Assembly (NCBI GenBank): GCA_016178625.1
Contig: JACOSX010000135.1
Coordinates: 7,130 to 71,129, forward strand
Direction: 5' to 3'
DNA: 64,000 nt
Origin: Ignavibacteria bacterium
GTDB lineage: Bacteria > Bacteroidota > Ignavibacteria > UBA10030 > SZUA-254
Both the position numbers and the translations under genes were made by a program. Positions 45,122-55,392 of the stretch are shown here, piece after piece. Numbering within the stretch: the first letter of the stretch is position 1; each line of letters begins with the position of its first letter. Below the pieces are notes generated by a model. The model had not been told where the DNA came from and ran no database searches. It was given only the letters and a program-made list of their open reading frames with translations.

Positions 45122-47326
45122 GTGAGGAGAACACCTTCCATAGTATCGTTGATGATAATTGTCCGCCTGATTATGTTCTCGCAGCAAGCAGATCGGGGAA
45201 TGATCGTGGGAAAGATTTCCAGCAGTGAGGATCATCAGGCGTTGGTTGGTGCAAACATCCTCTTGGAAGGGACAGTGCTTGGCACATCCACTGATGCTGA
45301 AGGAAACTTTTCCATCCGCAATATTCCTGTCGGACGATACTCTCTTACAGTATCGATGATTGGGTTCAAGCGGATGACGAAAACCGATGTCGTAGTGACA
45401 ACAGGCGAACCTCTTCAAGTATCTCTGGAGTTGGAACCTGTGCCGGTACAAACAGAACCTGTCGTGGTCACGGCGAACAAGCGCGAGCAAAGCTTGCAGG
45501 AAGTACCGGTGAGTGTCAGCGTTATCGATGAACAAGCGTTATCTTCTCGCAATACGGTAACTGTTGATGATGCCTTGCGGTATGTTCCGGGAGTGAACAT
45601 CACACAATCGCAGGTCAATATCCGCGGCTCAACCGGATACAGTCACGGTGTCGGCACACGCGTCTTACTCCTTGTCGATGGTCTTCCGTTTTTAAGCGGC
45701 GATACGGGAGAGATCATCTGGGAAAGTCTACCTCCCGGTCAAATTGAGCGCGTCGAGGTTGTGAAGGGCGCGGGATCTGCATTGTATGGTTCGAGCGCTC
45801 TTGGTGGAGTTATTAACATTATCACGAAGTCAGTCAGAGACCACCCGCAAACGAGACTTCGCGCATATGGAGGGATGTATGAGATGCCGAAGTACGCAAC
45901 ATGGCAGTGGGCGCAAGAGTCACGGTCGTTCACGGGCTTCCTTGCGACTCACCAGCAGCGAGTTGGTAATCTGAGTATCACCGCTGGCGCGAGCCGGACG
46001 CTCGATGATGGATACAAGCGAAATGATTTCTGGCGTCGCTGGAACACGTGGGCTCGGCTCGGGTATGACATCTCTCCGTTCCAGTCAATCGCCGTTTCAT
46101 TCAGTCTGCTTGACCAGGGGCGCGGAAATTTCCTGTACTGGAAAAATCTTGACCATGTGCTCGAACCTCAAGATGATCAGCTCACGCATCGCGTTCAATC
46201 ACAGCGCTGGAATCTCAGCGGCAGTTATAGATACTTCTTTTCACGCGAACTGTACACGATGGTGAAGCTCAGCTGGTATCATTCAAAGTGGGAAGACAAT
46301 ATTCCGAGCCGATTCGATCCCTTGGGAAGTAATTCCCGGTCAGATTTTGTGGTGGGAGAGATCCAGACAAATTACCAACTATCCGACGATCAAATCGTGA
46401 CCGTCGGACTCTCCGGCACAGTGAACCAAGTTTCGGCAGCTGCGATCTTTGGAGAGCATTCAGCGCGCGCAGGTGCCCTATATCTCCAGGATGAGATACG
46501 GCTGCCGGAAAACATTATGCTTACTGCTGGTGGACGATTGGATCTCCAAAAACTTGAGGGCATCGAGGTGGTTAACCAAGTCAATCCAAAAATTGGTTTG
46601 GTGTACAACCCATCTCCATCGACATCGTTACGAGCGTCTGTCGGTCGCGGGTTCCGCGCTCCATCGATCGCAGAGATTTTTACGACGACGGAGGTAGGTG
46701 GAATCATTATTCTTCCGAATGCAAATCTCAAGCCGGAACGGAGTTGGTCGTTTGAGGTGGGCGGCTCGCACATCATTGATGAGCACGTCTCGACCGAGCT
46801 CTCTCTGTTCCAAAATGAGTTATGGGATCTCATTGAGCCGGCATTCGGCACAGATGGGTATGTTCACTTCCAGAATATTATTCGGGCTCGAATCACTGGA
46901 ATGGAAGTCGCACTTAATCTCACCATGTTGGAACGACTCCTCGTCAGTCAATTCAGTTACACCTACGTCTATCCGGAAGATATCACAAACAATGACATTC
47001 TGAAATATCGTCCTCGTCATCTTCTGTATCTTTCGCAGCGTTTGACGTTCAATCCCTTCCAAGTGGGAGTGGACTTCCGGTACATCAGCAGGACCGATCG
47101 GATCGACGACGAATTAGTCCAGTTGGGTATCGTCCCCAATGGAGATCAGCGGGTTCCGATTTATCTCACCGATGTGCGACTCAGCGCTGAGTGGAAGTTT
47201 GCAGGATTGCCGGTTGTCTCCTCAATCAATGTCAACAATCTTTTTCAGTATTACTATTCCGATTTTATAGGTAATCTTGGACCGACGAGGAATTATGTTC
47301 TATCATTAGAGGCGAGACTGGAATGA
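45122..47326 (+). CDS. TonB-dependent receptor with CarboxypepD_reg-like domain
   Basis: GKISSSEDHQALVGANILLEGTVLGTSTDAEGNFSIRNIPVGRYSLTV, then a plug (VDGLPFLSGDTGEIIWESL, GAGSALYGSSALGGVINIITK) and a barrel ending ...LSLEARLE. Confidence 0.9.
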   Translation: MRRTPSIVSLMIIVRLIMFSQQADRGMIVGKISSSEDHQALVGANILLEGTVLGTSTDAEGNFSIRNIPVGRYSLTVSMIGFKRMTKTDVVVTTGEPLQVSLELEPVPVQTEPVVVTANKREQSLQEVPVSVSVIDEQALSSRNTVTVDDALRYVPGVNITQSQVNIRGSTGYSHGVGTRVLLLVDGLPFLSGDTGEIIWESLPPGQIERVEVVKGAGSALYGSSALGGVINIITKSVRDHPQTRLRAYGGMYEMPKYATWQWAQESRSFTGFLATHQQRVGNLSITAGASRTLDDGYKRNDFWRRWNTWARLGYDISPFQSIAVSFSLLDQGRGNFLYWKNLDHVLEPQDDQLTHRVQSQRWNLSGSYRYFFSRELYTMVKLSWYHSKWEDNIPSRFDPLGSNSRSDFVVGEIQTNYQLSDDQIVTVGLSGTVNQVSAAAIFGEHSARAGALYLQDEIRLPENIMLTAGGRLDLQKLEGIEVVNQVNPKIGLVYNPSPSTSLRASVGRGFRAPSIAEIFTTTEVGGIIILPNANLKPERSWSFEVGGSHIIDEHVSTELSLFQNELWDLIEPAFGTDGYVHFQNIIRARITGMEVALNLTMLERLLVSQFSYTYVYPEDITNNDILKYRPRHLLYLSQRLTFNPFQVGVDFRYISRTDRIDDELVQLGIVPNGDQRVPIYLTDVRLSAEWKFAGLPVVSSINVNNLFQYYYSDFIGNLGPTRNYVLSLEARLE

Positions 47327-48474
47327 ATCTGACATGCTTACATTTTTGTACCTCTGAGGCGTGGGGAGGATTGGAATTATATGCCTCCACGCTCATGGTA
47401 GAACTCAACAATGCTGGCTGTTCCGTGGTCGGTGTTTGTAGGAAAAAGTCGAAGGTTGAATCGTTCCTCCATTCTCACAACATCGAAACAATTTCGTTGC
47501 CAAGTTATTCACCGGCGAGTCTGAAATCGGTTCGATTTCTGCAATCCCTCATTCAACAGCGGGATGTGAACGTCCTTCACGTCCATTACCACAAAGATGT
47601 CTGGCTCGCTTCGCTGGCTGTTCGGAAGGACCCTGTGCGCAAACTCTTTCTGAGTATCTACATGGGTGTTCCAAGGAAAAATGATCTATTACATCGTTTC
47701 ATTTATCATCGAGTCGATGGAGTGTTCACGTCATCTCAAGAGTTGAACAGCCGGCTGCCTGATCTGTATCCGATACCGGCGTCGAAGGTTCATTTCCTGC
47801 CCTACGGGAGATATGTTGATCACTATGCTCGTGACGAGAGCAAGCGTGCGATCGTTCGAGCTCTCTATGGCGTTCAGCCAGAGGAGGTGCTTGTAGGAAC
47901 AATGGTGCGCATCGATCCCGGAAAAGGTGCGATGGATTTTGCGCGCAGTTTTTCCTATATTGAAAAGAGCTTACAGTCGAACATCAAATACGTCATTGTC
48001 GGTGAACCCACACGCAAAGCCCACACGAAACCCAACGAATCCCCGTTCGAGCTGCACTGCGAGGCATATCTTCAGGAACTGGAGGGGTATATCGCGGCAG
48101 AACAATTTGGTGAGAAGATTCTTCTTGCCGGATTTCAGGATGATGTGATTGGATACTTAAGCGCGATGGATGTATTTGTTTTTCCGAGCAGAGATGAACT
48201 GTATTCGTTGGTGGTGCTCGACGCGATGTGCATGGGTTTGCCTGTTGTTGCCGCCCAAGCGGGAGGAAATCTCCAGCAAATAGAGAACGGAAAGAACGGA
48301 CTTCTGTATGAAGTTGCCGATAGCAAAGACCTCGCGGAGAAAATTTCTCAATATGTTCGTTCTCTGGAGTTGAGAAAACGACACGGTAAAGTCGCGCGCG
48401 CCTTTGTAGAGAAAACACACGACATGAGAAAAACTATCGACCGATTAATGGAATATTATAGTGGCACGAATTAA
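47323..48474 (+). CDS. Family 4 (GT-B) glycosyltransferase
   Basis: The C-terminal FVFPSRDELYSLVVLDAMCMGLPVVAAQAGGNLQQIENGKNGLL is the E-x7-E type GT4 motif region. ATGA overlap with the receptor stop. Confidence 0.85.
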   Translation: MNLTCLHFCTSEAWGGLELYASTLMVELNNAGCSVVGVCRKKSKVESFLHSHNIETISLPSYSPASLKSVRFLQSLIQQRDVNVLHVHYHKDVWLASLAVRKDPVRKLFLSIYMGVPRKNDLLHRFIYHRVDGVFTSSQELNSRLPDLYPIPASKVHFLPYGRYVDHYARDESKRAIVRALYGVQPEEVLVGTMVRIDPGKGAMDFARSFSYIEKSLQSNIKYVIVGEPTRKAHTKPNESPFELHCEAYLQELEGYIAAEQFGEKILLAGFQDDVIGYLSAMDVFVFPSRDELYSLVVLDAMCMGLPVVAAQAGGNLQQIENGKNGLLYEVADSKDLAEKISQYVRSLELRKRHGKVARAFVEKTHDMRKTIDRLMEYYSGTN

Positions 48475-48491
48475 GACCATTCTGAGAAATC

Positions 48492-49649
48492 ATGGCAACC
48501 GAAACGATTCCCAACGTCAGCATTCTCTTTAATAGGCCCTACGTCGACGGACGGGTCTTAGAAAATATCAAAAAAGTCATCGAGACCGGAAAGATCAGCG
48601 GAGACGGTCCGATGTGCAAAGCAGTTGAAGCACAGATCAAAGAATTGTTCTCTGTGAAACATGCGCTGCTCACCACGTCGTGCACGCACGCGCTCGAGAC
48701 TGCCATGATGATGTTAGATCTTCAACCGGGTGATGAAGTGATCACGCCGAGTTTTACGTTCGTTTCGACTGCGAATGCGATCATTCGGGGGGGCGGAAAG
48801 CCTGTCTTCTGCGACATCAATGATCGCACACAGACGATCGACGTCAACGACTTTGAACGAAGGATTACGAAAAAGACGAAGGCAGTTATCCCGGTTCATT
48901 ACGCCGGCGTTTCTGCGGAGATGGACGAGATTCTCGAAATCGCTCGTGCTCATCGGCTCGTCGTTGTGGAGGATGCAGCTCAAGGAGTTAATGCCAAATA
49001 CAAAGGGAGATTTCTCGGAACGATTGGTGACGCAAGTGCGTACAGTTTCCACGACACGAAGAATTATGTGAGCGGTGAAGGAGGAGCCTTCACAACCAAT
49101 AACGATGCCCTCGCGCGGAAGGCAGAGATCATCCGCGAGAAAGGTACGAACAGATCGAATTTTCTTCGTGGAGAAGTCGATAAGTACACGTGGGTGGATC
49201 ATGGAAGCAGTTACATCCTCTCCGATATTCTCGCGGCGATCTTAAAATCCCAGTTGGATGATCTCGACGAGATTCAAGCGCAGCGCAAGCGGGTTCACGA
49301 TGGATACATGCGGGGATTAGCGGAGCTCGAGCGCCAAGAGAAGCTTCGCCTGCCGGTGATCCCGAGCTACTGTGAATCTAATTACCACATCTTTTACATT
49401 CTGCTGAGAAGTGAGGAAGAACGAGTGAGAGTCACGAAGCAACTGAAAGAATTCGGAATTAGTGCGACGTTCCACTATGTACCGCTTCACTCGTCACCGT
49501 ATGCGCTGAAGGCATTAGGCACAAGGGATTTGAAATTGCCGGTCACCGATCACATCTACAGCACGCTCCTCCGTCTTCCGATCTATCCACAGTTACGAGA
49601 CGCGGAGGTAGAGTATGTAGTGGGGAAGTTGAGAGAGATTTTGAAGTGA
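48492..49649 (+). CDS. DegT/DnrJ/EryC1-family PLP aminotransferase, WecE-like (dTDP-4-amino-4,6-dideoxy-sugar transaminase)
   Basis: FNRPYVDGRVLENIKKVIETGKISGDGPMCK is a WecE-type N-terminus. TFVSTANA is present, and SFHDTKNYVSGEGGAF carries the PLP lysine. Confidence 0.85.
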   Translation: MATETIPNVSILFNRPYVDGRVLENIKKVIETGKISGDGPMCKAVEAQIKELFSVKHALLTTSCTHALETAMMMLDLQPGDEVITPSFTFVSTANAIIRGGGKPVFCDINDRTQTIDVNDFERRITKKTKAVIPVHYAGVSAEMDEILEIARAHRLVVVEDAAQGVNAKYKGRFLGTIGDASAYSFHDTKNYVSGEGGAFTTNNDALARKAEIIREKGTNRSNFLRGEVDKYTWVDHGSSYILSDILAAILKSQLDDLDEIQAQRKRVHDGYMRGLAELERQEKLRLPVIPSYCESNYHIFYILLRSEEERVRVTKQLKEFGISATFHYVPLHSSPYALKALGTRDLKLPVTDHIYSTLLRLPIYPQLRDAEVEYVVGKLREILK

Positions 49650-49724
49650 TAGTCTCAGCGATACGAGTTTGACAAATCGCTTTAATCACAAACGCTCGGA
49701 CGAGAAGGAAATGGAATAGACATA

Positions 49725-50546
49725 ATGTTTACAGATTCCCACGCACATTTATTCTTTAAGGATTTTCAAGACGATCTCGATGACGTTATTCAGCGAGCGC
49801 AGGATGCCGGTGTAGAGTATATCGTAAATCCTGGCACCGATCTTACGACGAGTCGGCAGTCGATCGAGCTTGCGGAAAAGTACGAGATGGTTTACGCATG
49901 CGTTGGTTTCCATCCTCACGATGCCTCGAAAGCCGATGATGAATCTCTCAAAGAGATCGAGCGACTCTCTACTCATCCTAAGGTTGTCGCCATCGGAGAG
50001 ATTGGACTTGACTACCACTACAATTTTTCCCCTCCGGAGAACCAGCGGGAAGTATTTACGCGCCAGATAGAGATTGCACAACGACGCAATCTCCCTATCG
50101 TCATTCACAGCCGAGAAGCAGAGGAAGATACGCTGCGAATAGTGGAAGCGATGATGAAAAATCAGCCGAATTGGAGGGTGAATGATGGTGAATTGCCTAA
50201 AGGTGTTTTTCATTGTTTCCCCGGCGATGTCGCGATGGCGAAGAAGATTATCGACTGGGGCTTCTATATTTCATTTCCCGGACCTGTAACGTTCGGAAAC
50301 AAACCGAACAAACCTAATTCGATGGTGGATGTAGCAACAACGATATCAATGGAACACATCCTTCTTGAAACCGATAGTCCATATCTGACGCCTGCGCCAC
50401 ACCGTGGAAAGCGAAACGAGCCTGCCAACATTCCCCACATCGCGAAAAAGATCGCCGAGTTACAAGGACTCTCAGTTGAAGATGTCGGCAGAACGAGTAA
50501 CTTTGGTGTTCACAAGCTGTTTGGGATTGGAACGTACCCCTCTTGA
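49725..50546 (+). CDS. tatD: TatD-family metal-dependent hydrolase/DNase
   Basis: MFTDSHAHL, GEIGLDYHY, IHSREA and LETDSPYLTP blocks. Confidence 0.9.
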   Translation: MFTDSHAHLFFKDFQDDLDDVIQRAQDAGVEYIVNPGTDLTTSRQSIELAEKYEMVYACVGFHPHDASKADDESLKEIERLSTHPKVVAIGEIGLDYHYNFSPPENQREVFTRQIEIAQRRNLPIVIHSREAEEDTLRIVEAMMKNQPNWRVNDGELPKGVFHCFPGDVAMAKKIIDWGFYISFPGPVTFGNKPNKPNSMVDVATTISMEHILLETDSPYLTPAPHRGKRNEPANIPHIAKKIAELQGLSVEDVGRTSNFGVHKLFGIGTYPS

Positions 50547-50638
50547 ACTCGATGAGGTCGACGGAGGAAAGGCACGCGGGCTTGTCGAGAATGAAATCGG
50601 TGCAGTATTTACACTTCGATCAATGTTCGAGAATGTCC

Positions 50639-52753
50639 ATGAAAATGATCTCTATGATGACGTTGAGTATCATGATGTTACGGTTACCTCTCTTCAGTCA
50701 AACCCCCAACGAGCAGCGGAAGACAGAAGAGGAATCGCGTCGTGAGAAAATCGAGCTGATACTGCGATTCCAGGACACCCGTACAATTTTCGATGGAAAG
50801 CTGATTAGTTTTTTCAACGACAACGATCCATTAATTCGCGAACGGACGGTGCGGGCCTTTGGTTCCATCCAGGACACGTCCGTTCTCAATCTCTTAGTTG
50901 ATCGGCTCACGGATGTCAGTCCCAATGTGCAGGATGGTGCAGCGTTTGCTATCGGTCAGACTGCCGGTCAATTGAATAGGTCGGGTCGAGAACGTCTCGA
51001 ACATGATCTCATCTGGAACCGTTTGGAAAAAATGAACTCGAATGGAAATCCGAGCCCGCAGGATCGAATGATTGAAGAGATGGGGAAGTTCGGGACTGAG
51101 CAAGCCCTGACTGACCTGGTAGCGCGATTTGGAAATGTATACCCGCCCGTTCACGCGAATGCTCTCATCATGAGTGTTGCTCGATTCGGGATCCGCGGAA
51201 TAACGTCAAGAGAAGCTGTCCAATTTCTTCTCAAGCTGATTAAACCGCCTGATGCGGCGCAGTGGCGGGTCGTGTATGCGCTGCAACGGATTGGTAATCG
51301 TCAAGAAATCCGCGATGATCTTGAACACATCGTCCAGCTTTATAAGAACGCCGATCCACTTGTGCGCATGAACCTAGCGATCCTCATGGGCAAGGTAAAA
51401 GACGAGAGGATCTGTCTTGAACCGCTGCAGAAACTTGCTGACTTCGATGGCGATTGGCGTGTGAGGGTGAACGCACTGAGAGCCTTGAGCAATTATGGCA
51501 TTAAGGGCAGAGGCAGTATCATCGATACCTATCGGCGATCGTTTTACAACGACAATATGTATATAGCCCTGACGGCGCTCACGTCATTCGGGAATACAGG
51601 GTTGACAAAGAATGAACCCGATGGTTCCTCGAGGGAATCGTTTGCTGCTATGGAGCAGATCGCGGTAAATAAGGGAAATGAATATCGCTGGCAACTTCAG
51701 GCAGAAGCGGCAACGGCGATGGCAAAATTAGAGGGAAGGAGCGCGATGGCTCTCATCGATCCAACCGCGGGCTCTCAGCTTCTCCTCCACGCCCAGCTCC
51801 TCACGGCAACGGTGATCACCGGCGCGCCGGAGGCTTTGCATATTCTGTCTCAATATCTTGACAGTGATCAAGAGGTTCTTGCGCGTGCAGCACTTGAGGG
51901 ATTGCAAGAACTCAGCAAGAAGAATCCGACTGATTCAGCTATCACTCAGGCAACGTACAACGCCTGTCTCGTCGCTCTCCGAAGCGACGACGTGGCGCGA
52001 ATAACTACGGCCGCTTCTATTCTTGGAGACTCGTTGTTTCTGCGTTTAACGTCACTTACTCCGCTTATCGAAGCCCTAAACCGATCGCGCATCCCGGATG
52101 ATGTTGAAGCAATCCAGGAAATCACGGCAACTTTGGGCAAGCTCAAAGATCTCCGCGCTATTGATGCATTAGAGCAAGTCTTAAAACAGCGGGATCGATC
52201 TGTTGTGCTTGCCTCTGCCTCTGCTTTGAAATCCATCACTGGAAAAGATCACAGCGCCGAGGTCCCAGACTATTTCGAGCCGATCTTCGCCGACCTCGAC
52301 TTTCAATATTTGCGTTCGCTCCCTGACAGTGTCCGAGTGAAACTCGAAACCAGCAGGGGGGATGTAGTAATGGAATTGTACAAGGAGGTGGCTCCGTTCA
52401 CGGTGATGAGTTTTCTCAAGCTTGCAACGCAGCGGGGATTTTACCGCGGTCTTTCATTTCATCGTGTCGTTCCGAACTTTGTCGTGCAGGGTGGAGACCC
52501 ACGCGGCGATGGCTGGGGCGGACCCGGATATTCGATTCGCTCGGAGTTTTCTCCACTCACGTATGAAACTGGTTCGGTCGGGATCGCAAGCGCCGGGAAA
52601 GATACCGAAGGATCCCAGTTCTTCATCACGCAATCTCCCCAACCTCATCTCGACGGCAGGTATACCATCTTCGGAAAAGTGGTTTCAGGGATGGATGTTG
52701 TGGACCGCATCCAGGTTGACGACCATATTTTTGATGTGAAGATCATCCCCTGA
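50639..52753 (+). CDS. Secreted HEAT/ARM-repeat protein fused to a C-terminal cyclophilin-type peptidyl-prolyl isomerase
   Basis: Signal-like MKMISMMTLSIMMLRLPLFSQ. Repeated ..DP.VR..A..ALG.. helices follow. The C-terminal FHRVVPNFVVQGGDPRGDGWGGPGYSIRSEF and GSQFFIT are cyclophilin blocks. The start is uncertain (ORF opens at 50543). Confidence 0.8.
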   Translation: MKMISMMTLSIMMLRLPLFSQTPNEQRKTEEESRREKIELILRFQDTRTIFDGKLISFFNDNDPLIRERTVRAFGSIQDTSVLNLLVDRLTDVSPNVQDGAAFAIGQTAGQLNRSGRERLEHDLIWNRLEKMNSNGNPSPQDRMIEEMGKFGTEQALTDLVARFGNVYPPVHANALIMSVARFGIRGITSREAVQFLLKLIKPPDAAQWRVVYALQRIGNRQEIRDDLEHIVQLYKNADPLVRMNLAILMGKVKDERICLEPLQKLADFDGDWRVRVNALRALSNYGIKGRGSIIDTYRRSFYNDNMYIALTALTSFGNTGLTKNEPDGSSRESFAAMEQIAVNKGNEYRWQLQAEAATAMAKLEGRSAMALIDPTAGSQLLLHAQLLTATVITGAPEALHILSQYLDSDQEVLARAALEGLQELSKKNPTDSAITQATYNACLVALRSDDVARITTAASILGDSLFLRLTSLTPLIEALNRSRIPDDVEAIQEITATLGKLKDLRAIDALEQVLKQRDRSVVLASASALKSITGKDHSAEVPDYFEPIFADLDFQYLRSLPDSVRVKLETSRGDVVMELYKEVAPFTVMSFLKLATQRGFYRGLSFHRVVPNFVVQGGDPRGDGWGGPGYSIRSEFSPLTYETGSVGIASAGKDTEGSQFFITQSPQPHLDGRYTIFGKVVSGMDVVDRIQVDDHIFDVKIIP

Positions 52754-52778
52754 GAGTGTTCAATTATGCTTCTCGATC

Positions 52779-54233
52779 CTACTGACTTGTGGTAAATGCG
52801 AAGGTGTATGGTGATGAGAGATGTACACCCCCCTTCGACCTCATATCAGTTGAGATGGTGACCGTGTATTTTGTGGTTCCCGCAAACCCTCCAGCACGAT
52901 AAAAGGCAAAATGCCGGTCGAACATGCCCAGCGTGAATGAGGCGGGTGGATTTAAGGTGAGCGCTCCCCGAACGGTTCCTGTATCTATCTTGCTGTTGAA
53001 ATAGACGAAGACTGTGTTATATGGGTTAACATTAACCGCACCGTCAGGAGGCGAGGTATAGTCGATTCGAAAGTCTTCTGTTGTAAATGAGAAATTGAAT
53101 GGGCCGGAAAGAGATGTCCCGTCGCTCGCTCGCATGGCCGTTGAGATAGTGACCGTGTATCTGGTTGCCGGATTCAATTCGTCGAGGGGAGAGAAGGAAA
53201 ATTCGCGGGAGGATGCAGCAAAATTACCGGACACAACTGGATCAATGACGAATGCTTGTGAAATACGGCTGGTATCAATCGAGCCCGAAAAACTCAAATA
53301 GATGCCTGTATTTACGTACACATGGGTCTGACCGTTGCGGGGATAGGTGTATGTCACTTGGAATGCGGTAGATGTAAAGGTCGATAGATACCCGGAATTG
53401 ATTTGGTGACCCTCAGCGTCGCGGGCATTAGCACTCACGCTGAGCGTGTACAACGCGCTGAAGGGGAGTGGGTTGAATGGTTGGAACTCAACCGTGGCGG
53501 AATCTTCAAAAATAACCCATCGCCCCAGAGGCTGAGGAGTAATCTGAATATTCGAATAAATTGATGTGTCGATTCGACTGTTGAAAATCAAACGCGGACG
53601 GACGTCGACCGTGACATCCTTTGCGCCGTTTTCTGGATAGGATGCAACGACACGAAAATACGGTTCCGGGGTGTAGGAGAATTGATATGGCTGTGTCAGG
53701 TGGTTACCGTTGATATCTTCCAGTAGTGTATTCAACGTGACGCTATACGTCTGTCCGATCTTGTATTGTACTTTCCCGATTAGGCCAAGGGAATCATAGA
53801 TCATGAAGGCAAGGATGTTGCTATACGGGTCATCCAGCAGGCGGATCTCCCGTTCCCATGGAAAACGGTAGTAGAATCGGTAGAGGTACACGATCACCGG
53901 TCGATCAAATCCCCGAACTCTAACCGCACCCTCCTCGAGATAGAGATTGTTCATGAGTTTGTTGAACTGCACGACGAAATTTGGCTTGTAGTAGTCAGCT
54001 CGATCGAAGAGATTAAACGGACCGGTGCTGCGATCCTTCGGATATGTTGAAATCACTTTTGGCATGATCGAGGGATCAGTCAAATCTTCCCCTCCAGCAG
54101 GTCCTTGCGGTCCCATTGGTCCTTCCTTCGTACAGCCATAAAGTGTGAGCACAAAGAGAATGATGACAAATAAGAATCGATTACGCCAATGCGAGAGATG
54201 CGCCCCGAACGAATACCCTACTTTCGGTTCCAT
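52779..54233 (-). CDS. Lipoprotein with four SbsA/Big_5-type Ig-like repeats
   Basis: Lipobox LTLYGC. There are four repeats of the Y(T/S).P..G...V......I...F(N/S)..IDT pattern (ISTYPKDRS, VASYPENGAKDV, TYTYPRNGQTHV, DYTSPPDGAVNV). I start at the internal ATG 54233. Confidence 0.7.
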   Translation of the reverse strand: MEPKVGYSFGAHLSHWRNRFLFVIILFVLTLYGCTKEGPMGPQGPAGGEDLTDPSIMPKVISTYPKDRSTGPFNLFDRADYYKPNFVVQFNKLMNNLYLEEGAVRVRGFDRPVIVYLYRFYYRFPWEREIRLLDDPYSNILAFMIYDSLGLIGKVQYKIGQTYSVTLNTLLEDINGNHLTQPYQFSYTPEPYFRVVASYPENGAKDVTVDVRPRLIFNSRIDTSIYSNIQITPQPLGRWVIFEDSATVEFQPFNPLPFSALYTLSVSANARDAEGHQINSGYLSTFTSTAFQVTYTYPRNGQTHVYVNTGIYLSFSGSIDTSRISQAFVIDPVVSGNFAASSREFSFSPLDELNPATRYTVTISTAMRASDGTSLSGPFNFSFTTEDFRIDYTSPPDGAVNVNPYNTVFVYFNSKIDTGTVRGALTLNPPASFTLGMFDRHFAFYRAGGFAGTTKYTVTISTDMRSKGGVHLSSPYTFAFTTSQ

Positions 54234-54394
54234 AGGAATTCTCCTTTCTTGGGTGAAGTCCGTTAATGAAATTGCTTGTGACTCGCCAATACAAAAGGGA
54301 ACGATCATCATCGCCACCCTTAGGTTTACCAAGGGTTGCCGTTGGAACCCCTCCCTATTATTAATTCAGCTCAACGGTTCAAAGCCAGGCAAGG

Positions 54395-55300
54395 CTACCT
54401 CGGCTTGGCACTATACTCGTCGTAGCTTTTCTGATGTGCAGGGTCGATCTTGGAGAGCCTTGAGAAAATGGTGAGATCCGGATCCCTCAAGAAGGTTTCC
54501 GCTATTTCGAGGTACTTTGTGTCAAAGAATAATTTGATACAGAGGCTCGGCTGGTTGATTTTGTTCCGGAGTTTTCCTACTTTCTCCAGTGCAGAGAAGA
54601 TGTTCTTTCTCGCTTTAACTTCATCCTTGTGTAGTAAGTCGAGTCCTTTGTAATGGTATTTGTATATCGCCTCCCGAAGATCCTGAAACTTAGGATTCAA
54701 TAATTCTTCAATCAACTGTGCACGTGAGTAAGTTCCTTGCTGAGACGGTTCCCAGCCTTTGCCAGCACCTGCGGTGCCGCGGGCTCTGTTCACGACATCG
54801 AAGGCTTTTTGAAAGTAGGACGTCCCGTCGCCGGCTTTATAGGAATCAAAGTCGTATCCGAGAATCACGTACATGTAAAAATCAATGAAGCTTAGCAGTG
54901 GATCAAAACCGTATTCGTTATGGGAGAGCGATTGATATCGTGTGTAGTCGAATTCCCATTTATCATCAAGAATTCTGACGATCGCCGTGTTACGACCGGT
55001 TTTATAAATTGGACGTTGACTGCCGATGAATGCTTGAGCAGTATAGTGGTTATCACGGGGCGAGCCGACGAGTGAAATATCAATTGAGCAGCGAATCTTT
55101 TGCGTGTCGAGATTTTCCTTTGTCCATCGGTAAGCGTTGACGTACTGTTTGACCTGGGCGATGAAATCGGTGAGATTTTCGCGTGCTTCCGCTGGCAATT
55201 GTTCTTTATTCGTGAAGGTGATCTCGCAATCGATTTCCTGGGTGGATGCTTGAACTGAGAGGAAGAGAAGTGAAGCTGCAAGCACAACGAGAAGTTTCAT
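54395..55300 (-). CDS. DUF4835-family protein (PorD-like, T9SS-associated)
   Basis: Signal peptide. LTDFIAQVKQYVNAYRWTKENLDTQKIRCSI, AFIGSQRPIYKTG and LLSFIDFYMYVILGYDFDSY follow the DUF4835 pattern. I start at the internal ATG 55300. Confidence 0.65.
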   Translation of the reverse strand: MKLLVVLAASLLFLSVQASTQEIDCEITFTNKEQLPAEARENLTDFIAQVKQYVNAYRWTKENLDTQKIRCSIDISLVGSPRDNHYTAQAFIGSQRPIYKTGRNTAIVRILDDKWEFDYTRYQSLSHNEYGFDPLLSFIDFYMYVILGYDFDSYKAGDGTSYFQKAFDVVNRARGTAGAGKGWEPSQQGTYSRAQLIEELLNPKFQDLREAIYKYHYKGLDLLHKDEVKARKNIFSALEKVGKLRNKINQPSLCIKLFFDTKYLEIAETFLRDPDLTIFSRLSKIDPAHQKSYDEYSAKPR

Positions 55301-55392
55301 GGCGGTCTCCAATGTTGGCTGCAATATAGATAATTCGAGGTTGATGTTCAAGTCAAGTAATATTTCATCACTATCAATCTTCGGGAGGAAAT

